From the NCBI RefSeq assembly GCF_006345805.1, contig NW_021825474.1, forward strand, positions 1 through 15,320: a DNA stretch of 15,320 bases, read 5' to 3'. Both the position numbers and the translations under genes were made by a program. Source of the DNA: Octopus sinensis (taxonomy: Eukaryota). Shown piece by piece: positions 9,251-15,320 of this stretch. The notes under the pieces are model-generated. The model was given only the letters and a program-made list of their open reading frames with translations, was not told the origin of the DNA and searched no databases. Within the stretch, counting starts at the first letter, position 1; every line of letters begins with the position of its first letter.

Positions 9251-9401
9251 TATTTCTTTATTGCCCACAAGGGACAAACAAGGACAGACAAAGGGATTAA
9301 GTCGATTACATCGACCCCAGTGCGTAACTGGTACTTAATTTATCGACCCCGAAAGGATGAACGGCAAAGTCGACCTTGGCGGAATTTGAACTCAGAACGT
9401 A
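9251..9401 (-). mobile_element. SINE-B, truncated just upstream of the B-box
   Basis: Minus strand reads acgttctgagttcaaattccgccaaggtcgactttgccgttcatcctttcggggtcgataaattaagtacc, with a B-box-like gttcaaattc. It shares its core with 434-565. Confidence 0.85.
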
Positions 9402-9521
9402 CCAATATGGAAGACAGAAAAGCCGTATCGTAGACCCTGGAATCAAACTTCACGTCTATTGTAAACTGTATAATTGTATTATTTACATCAAAGCGACATA
9501 CCAATCCCAACAATCCTAAGT

Positions 9522-9570
9522 TGTGTGTAAGTGTGTGTGCTTGTGTGTGTGTGTGTGTGCGTGTGCGTTC

Positions 9571-9608
<38 letters not shown>

Positions 9609-9609
9609 C

Positions 9610-9640
<31 letters not shown>

Positions 9641-9675
9641 TTGTGTGTCTGTATGTGTGAATGTGTGGACGTGTG
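9522..9675. repeat. (TG)n-(GA)n compound microsatellite
   Basis: Seen directly. Confidence 0.95.
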
Positions 9676-9789
9676 CGCGTTTTCTGTGTTTATCTCCAGC
9701 TCCAAAATTTCTGTCGTCACAACCGGTTGAATATCCAGTCAGCCGTTCCAAACCGCCAGGGCCCAATCAGCTACACCCCATTGTCTCAT

Positions 9790-10200
9790 TCTGAAAGTCT
9801 TTTCACCTCTGTCATCATAACTAAACGATCTCCTCAATTATTCTATCTCCCATTCCAAAATATTCAACACGTTTCTCACCCTGCCGTCCTTTCAAATGTT
9901 TGCCTAGAAATCTCCGACCAAGACAGCGGTGCAAGAAATTTTATGATCCAAGAACTTTTGTCCAGGTCTTGATAGAATTCCTACATTTCATTATCATTGC
10001 TGTTACATTTGGGCGCGTAGATCTTGGATGATTTTCAGCATGGGATTTCCTAAGAGACCAAAGTTTAGCACAACGATGAAGAGAATGACAAATTATAGCA
10101 TACGATTTTCGACCCCATTCTTTACTAACAGTGAAACCAATGTGACATCTTGTTATCGCATCTTCTACCTTTTCCAGTTTCACAACACTTTGGTCTATAT
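9790..10200 (-). mobile_element. RTE-clade LINE fragment, apurinic-type endonuclease domain (decayed)
   Basis: Frameshifted minus-strand translation gives IGFTVSKEW, KIIQ-IYAPKCNSNDNEM*EFYQDLD, AVLVGDF*A and FGMGDRN..GDRLV. These match APE motifs (QVYAPT, EEFY, VGDFNA, FG.G.RN.RG.RL) of RTE elements. Confidence 0.8.
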
Positions 10201-10339
10201 ATCCGTCAATCCAACCATCTTCACTGTCCACTACTTCAGAGAGAATCGTAGTGGGTTTCAGGCATCCCCTCCATTGGGTACAATTAGACGCAACCGCCAC
10301 TAGCCTTTTCGACTGAATTCCCAAGCGTCACCAAATGAG

Positions 10340-10566
10340 ACTCTTTACTCGTTTACTCTTTTATTTGTTTCAGTCATTCGGCTGCGGCCATGCTGGAGCA
10401 CCGCCTTTAGTCGAGCAAATCGACCCCGGGACTTATTCTTTGTAAGCCCAGTACTTATTCTATCGGTCTCTTTTGCCGAACCGCTAAGTGACGGGGACGT
10501 AAGCATACCAGCATCGGTTGTCAAGCAATGCTAGGGGGACAACACACACACACACACACACACACA

Positions 10567-10641
<75 letters not shown>

Positions 10642-10804
10642 TACGACAGGCTTCTTTCAGTTTTCGTCTACCAAATCCACTCACAAGGCATTGGTCGGCC
10701 CGGGGCTATAGCAGAAGACACTTGCTCAAGATGCCATGCAGTGGGACTGAACCCGGAACCATGTGGTTGGTTAGCAAGCTACTTACCGCACAGCCACTCC
10801 TACG
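10340..10804 (-). mobile_element. SINE-A, full length, inserted in the RTE 3' region
   Basis: Complete reverse-complement copy with an expanded internal (TA)n(TG)n tract. Confidence 0.9.
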
Positions 10805-11005
10805 GATATTATCCAACTATCTTATCCTTGGTTTGCTCCTAGGTTTCCCGCAAGGTTTGCTCACCTTGAAGGGTCCGTCTTGTGATCATCTCTTCGCGAC
10901 ATTCCAGTCACGTGCCTGTAACATCAGAGCTGTGACTGCTCAATGCGGAGAAATAGCAATCGAATCAACAAGCTGCCCACCGTGTCGAGCAACATTACAC
11001 TGGAG

Positions 11006-11557
11006 TAGAGCTCCGTAACCGGTACGCCGCGGCACGCTGGTATGCCACGAGACGATGCTAGGTGTGCCGCAGTGTAACCTGAATATAAATTTTCCCCTTA
11101 TGCTTACTCTTTTACATGTTTCAGTCGTTTTATTGCGGACATGCTGGAGCATCGCCTTTAGTCGAACAAATCGACCCCCAGGACATAGTTTTCGTAAACC
11201 TAGTACTTATTCTATCGGTCTCTTTTTGTCGAACCGCTAAGTTACGGGGACGTAAACTCACCAGCATCGGTTGTCAAGCGATAGTGGGAGGACAAACACA
11301 GACACACACACACACACATATATATATATGCGACGGGCTTCTTTCGGTTTCCACCTACCAAATCAACTCACAAAGCTTTGGTCGGCCCGAGGTTATATTA
11401 GAAGACACTTGCCCAGGTGCCACGCATGTGGTTGATAACCAGGCATCTTACCACACAGCTGCGCCTGCTCCTTATAGTTATATTTTCAGCTCAGGTGTGC
11501 CACCGAATTTTGAAAATAATAAGTGCGCTGCAACTGAAAAAGGTTTGCGAAGAACTG
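11006..11557 (-). mobile_element. hAT-like MITE (about 180 bp without its SINE insert)
   Basis: Minus-strand end cagttcttcgcaaacctttt resembles CAGTGGTTCCCAAAC-type hAT TIRs, with a degenerate complementary end at 11006-11020. There are five gcggcacac-like subterminal motifs (11022, 11040, 11062, 11495, 11523). It interrupts the RTE reading frame. Confidence 0.6.
11102..11471 (-). mobile_element. SINE-A, near full length, inserted in the hAT-like MITE
   Basis: Reverse-complement copy flanked by ccttat at 11096-11101 and 11470-11475. Confidence 0.88.
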
Positions 11558-11758
11558 TTTTAGAGACCATTCGGAGGAAACTCATTTCGGTCAGGTGAAT
11601 TCACGATCGAGCTTTTTCAGGCATTACCCAGCATTCATGGCCATAGGTGAGGACAGGGACAAATACCTAATTGAAGTTAACAAGTTTGACTTCTTTTTTT
11701 AACCAACATTTCCTCTTCTGTCCATCTGCTTTTTTTTTAATTCTTTGTATCTAATTCT

Positions 11759-12068
11759 AACAAAACCTAGTATTCCATTATTATTGGTATGAATGTGAAT
11801 TCATAGTCTAAATATAGAAGCTGGAGGTTTCAAAGCCGTTGTCCATAGATATCCTCTTCTTTGATTTTCAGAGATATCTGCATGGCAGCTGACCTCTATG
11901 ATGGTACATACCTTTGCCCCACTGTGCCAAACAATGATATCCGGCCTGTTATGTTTACAGTTGACAGAAATTTTGATGGGAATGTTCCACCAGTATTCCT
12001 TGAGTTGGTGTTTATGAATGTATTCCATAACAAAGGGGTTTTCTAAGTTTATTTCAGAACAATCTTTT
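11759..12068 (-). mobile_element. Fragment of an RLE-bearing (R2-group; R4/NeSL-like) non-LTR retrotransposon
   Basis: EYWWNIPIKISVNCKHNRPDIIVW..CTIIEVSC, then in a shifted frame KIKEEDIYGQ..NLQLLY.DYEFTFIPII. This is a PD-(D/E)xK restriction-like endonuclease pattern, distinct in sequence from the element at 14219-15320. Confidence 0.75.
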
Positions 12069-12176
12069 GTATGTATGTATGTATGTATGTATGTATCTAT
12101 GTATGTGTAAATGTATGTATGTATGAAAGTATGTATGTATGTGTAAATGTATGTAAGTATGTATGTATGTATGTTA
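12069..12176. repeat. (ATGT)n microsatellite
   Basis: Seen directly. Confidence 0.95.
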
Positions 12177-12181
12177 TGTCA

Positions 12182-12730
12182 GGTCACTTTCGAGTGTTAC
12201 TGGTAACATGTAACCCAGCACAACCTGTTGCATGGTCGGGTCGTCGGCGACTAAACCGGCAACCGCAGCAAGCTTGCTTGGTGAGGAGGGCGTATATTGG
12301 ACACCCTGCGGGATGAAAAATAAAACCCGTCAAAGGGCGGAGGAACTCTTGAGAGTCAACGGCCATCCAATAAATGTCTTAAGGCTGTATCATGCGCGGG
12401 GACAGAAATAATCGGACTGAATACTCGATCGCGCGGTTAAACCATTGGGAGCGAAGGACTCCTAGCCTTTGTCAGGGCATCCTTCTAGGAGAAGGTAACT
12501 CAGGTAACTGGGATAAGTCCGACATAAAACCTGCGGCTCAGTGGTTACCAATGATGTTGACTTGTTCTTCTTTTCGGATTATGGCTGCTGTTGCTTAGTG
12601 AGTGGGATTGACTCAGTGCACAGCCTTTCCTCACTTTAAAAAAAATCTTCTTGCACAGGCATTGGACGATAACAATATTGATTGCGCTTCGTGCAATGGC
12701 CATACTCGATAACGAGGGGGCAGCCACAAT
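12182..12730 (+). mobile_element. Probable non-autonomous RTE-related element (LINE-5'UTR-like body, short 3' end, (ATGT)n tail)
   Basis: A more GC-rich island between two ATGT arrays with no recognisable protein. gtcagggcatccttctaggagaaggtaactc (12471-12501) resembles, from memory, a motif of RTE-type 5'UTRs. The classification is an inference. Confidence 0.45.
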
Positions 12731-13330
12731 GCATGTATGCGTGTATATGTATGCGTGTATGTATGCGTGTATGTATGTATGTACGTATGTATGTATGTAT
12801 GAATGTATGTGTGTCTGTATGTATGTATGTAGTATGTATGTATGTATGTATGTATGTACGTACGTATGTATGTATGTATGTATGTATGTACGAACGTACG
12901 TATGTACGTACGTATGTATGTATGTATGTATGTATGTATGTATGTATGTATGTATGTATGTATGCATGCATGTATGCATGTATGCATGCATGCATGCATG
13001 CATGTATGTATGTCTGCATGTATGTATGCATGCATGTATGTATGTATGTACGTATGTATGTATATATATATATGTATATATGTATGTATGTATGCATGCA
13101 TGCATGTATGTATGTATGTATGTATGTACGTATGTATGTATGCATGTATGTATGTATGTATGTATGTACGTATGTATGCATGCATGTATGTATTTATGTA
13201 TGTATGTACGTATGTATGTATGCATGCATGCATATATGTATTTATGTACGTACGTACGTATGTATGTATGTATGTATGTATGTATATGTGCAGATTTGTA
13301 TGTTTTGTTCTATGTATGTATTCTCATGCA
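12730..13330. repeat. Long (ATGT)n array with ATGC/ACGT variants
   Basis: Seen directly; it is the source of the M/Y/V/C and H/T/Y/I ORFs. Confidence 0.95.
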
Positions 13331-13768
13331 TTTAGTTGCGTGTCTAGACATGCTCATATATACTTAAATGATTAACTTCTCCAACGTTTTATGTATGTAC
13401 GAACGAACGTGTTTGTATGAACGAATGCGTACCAACACAGTTCTCCACCATAAAAGCTAATACCACATCACTATAACTAAAGAAAAGCTCTAAAAACCCA
13501 GAAGATATTTATGTTTAACCCTAGGCCAATGTTGCTTACACATAAGGCATATGATCAGAGGCCTTATTGTCATTTACATCCAGTCGATATGGTACATTTA
13601 CGACTCCATTGAAAAATGTATACTTCCTAAATTAAGTTGGTAATTGCGAGGGGGATTTCATTGCTATTACTAGCAAATGGAATGGCTGTGTCGAAGCTCA
13701 TTCATTGACTCTTCAAATAAGAGTAAATATAGCAAGTATATCATAGCGAGGAAGGTAAATTAGTGCTC

Positions 13769-14142
13769 TGGTAAGTAGCTTGCTAACCAACCACATGGTT
13801 CCGGGTTCAGTGCCACTGCGTGGCATCTTGGGCAAGTGTCTTCTGCTATAGCCCCGGGCAGACCAATGCCTTGTGAGTGGATTTGGTAGACGGAAACTGA
13901 AAGAAGCCTGTCGTATATATGTATATATTTATATGTGTGAGTGTGTGTGTGTGTTTGTCCCCCTAGCATTGCTTGACAACCAATGCAGGTGTGTTTATGT
14001 CCCCGTCACTTAGCGGTTCGGCAAAAAGAGACCGATAGAATAAGTACTGGGCTTACAAAGAATAAGTCCCGGCTTCGATTTGCTCGACTAAAGGCGGTGC
14101 TCCAGCATGGCCGCAGTCAAATGACTGAAACAAGTAAAAGAG
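13769..14142 (+). mobile_element. SINE-A lacking about 15 nt at the 5' end
   Basis: Runs from tggtaagtagcttgc to gaaacaagtaaaagag; collinear with the other copies. Confidence 0.9.
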
Positions 14143-14179
<37 letters not shown>

Positions 14180-14218
14180 TATTATTATTATTATTATTAT
14201 TTTATTATTATTATTATT
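14143..14218. repeat. (ATT)n / (TAA)n microsatellite
   Basis: Seen directly. Confidence 0.95.
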
Positions 14219-15320
14219 CTATGTTTGACTTTGGGCTTTTGTCTGTACAAGTTGGCTCCAAGTCTCACCCAGAGACCTCAAGAGACAACAGGTTGGAAGT
14301 TCTGTGCCATATATTTGGTTTTTTTTTCTTTATTTTTTTGGTGTTGTACTAGTGAATGTCTAATACATAAAAAAAAAATAATAAATAAAATAAATAAATA
14401 AGTAAATAAAAAAAAAGTTTGTTTTAAACCTTGGGATTATATAGAGAGTATTTTGCGTAGGATATGAGCAGTTCCCATGAGCACTATCTTTTGAATTTCT
14501 GCCAGTTTGGGGTTTCCTGGTATCTGAGTTAGGTAGCAATCAGTCCCTTTCGCTATCATTCCCAGGGCACCTATGACAACAGGTATTGTTTTAGTCTTCA
14601 GCTTCCACATTTTGCTGATTTCTATTTCAAGATCTTTATATTTGCTCAGTTTTTGGTAGGTCTTGACAGATACGTTTATATCGATTGGGACAGTCATATC
14701 AATGAGGAGGCATGTTCTTTGTTTGAAGTCTTTCAATATATGTCTGGCCTATTTGCATCTATCTCCTGTCAGTTTGAATGGTGAAGTTCCAGAGGAGTGA
14801 GATGTGGTCATTTTCAAGCACAGGAGGTGGATTGTGTTCCCACCGTTTTTTTCATGGGGCAAATCTATGTTTTTGCAAATTACCCAGTGATATATTGTGC
14901 AGCTCTATCATGCCTACTGAGGTACTCTGTAGGCGCTAGAAGACTGCATTTGGAGACAACATGGTCAATGGTTCCATTTTATTGTCGCATACACGACATG
15001 TTGGGCTACTGCCATTCTTTAATATGTTGGCCTATGTAGTTTCTTGTTGGTAGGCATTGATCTTGAGCTGCTATGATAAACCCCTCTGTTTCAGATTTTA
15101 AGCCAGAGGCCATTAGCCATTGATGGGTCAGGGCTTGTCGATATCTGCATTATTCGCTCTCTTTGGGTATTTGCCATAGAGAGGTTTTTCTTACCATTTA
15201 TTATTCAGAATATCTAAGGCGCAGTTTTGGCACGGGTTTTCATGCGCCTAGCTTTTTCTGTGCTTGTTTCTTGTATATCTATCTCTAATTCCGAAATTGG
15301 TTGTATTCGGAATTCACTTA
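14219..15320 (-). mobile_element. R4/Dong (Rex6-like) non-LTR retrotransposon 3' region, continuing beyond the window
   Basis: Minus strand gives KPLYGKY, GLKSETEGFIIAAQDQ, a CCHC knuckle (CRVC..TIDHVVSKC), RHDRAAQYI, LLWNFTIQTD, ANRPD and LIDMTVP..KLSKYKDLEIEI..IPVVIGALG..GTAHILRKIL*, followed by a 3'UTR of about 215 nt. Several frameshifts and a stop are present. Confidence 0.9.
14437..15320 (-). pseudogene. Disrupted C-terminus of the R4-type ORF (zinc knuckle plus restriction-like endonuclease)
   Basis: Only 14437-14736 remains open; the upstream motifs need frameshifts to join. Confidence 0.85.

Larger units (their letters stand above)
10201..11735 (-). mobile_element. RTE-clade (Expander/Rex3-like) LINE 3' region with nested insertions
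   Basis: After removing the inserts it reads VFVPVLTYGHECWVM..EMSFLRMVS|SVMLLDTV..LFLRIEQSQL*CYRHVTGMS..KPRIR*LDNI|RLIW*RLGIQSKRLVAVASNCTQWRGCL, then a degenerate GATG/GGAT-like tail (plus strand atccgtcaatccaaccatcttc, 10201-10222). Confidence 0.8.

Noticed and set aside
9941-10324. 127-aa minus-strand ORF as a host gene
   Set aside because: It is a chance read-through joining the RTE C-terminus and tail to a decayed RTE endonuclease fragment.
10990-11080. GC-rich multibranch structure first suspected to be an HDV-like ribozyme
   Set aside because: It is explained by the direct and inverted gcggcacac subterminal motifs of the hAT-like MITE; there is no catalytic C or L3, and the flank is LINE 3' coding sequence rather than a 5'UTR.
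12545-13375. Six long overlapping ORFs of 177-238 aa
   Set aside because: They are translations of (ATGT)n, which lacks stops in most frames.
197-14142. Recurring near-identical blocks as a CRISPR-like or tandem array
   Set aside because: The copies are dispersed, irregularly spaced, in both orientations and about 400 bp long, so they are interspersed SINEs.

Overview
AT-rich, microsatellite-saturated eukaryotic DNA with no confidently supported host gene; most ORFs in the six-frame track are translated simple repeats. The SINE families resemble, from memory, octopus/coleoid cephalopod tRNA-SINEs, so the organism assignment is an inference. The window is mainly a layered graveyard of transposable elements. 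It holds six near-complete and two partial copies of a composite tRNA-derived SINE (SINE-A) and two copies of a second, Nin/Deu-domain-like SINE (SINE-B). It also holds a decayed Tc1/mariner transposon split by a SINE, an RTE-clade LINE 3' region carrying a hAT-like MITE and two SINEs, and a separate RTE endonuclease fragment. Two restriction-like-endonuclease (RLE) retrotransposon remnants are present, one an R4/Dong-like element ending in a (TAA)n tract. A 550-bp RTE-related non-coding element starts with part of an HDV-like ribozyme fold. Short unique islands carry homeodomain-type motifs and a few weak exon candidates. I found no convincing new protein-coding system; the best leads concern retroelement biology.
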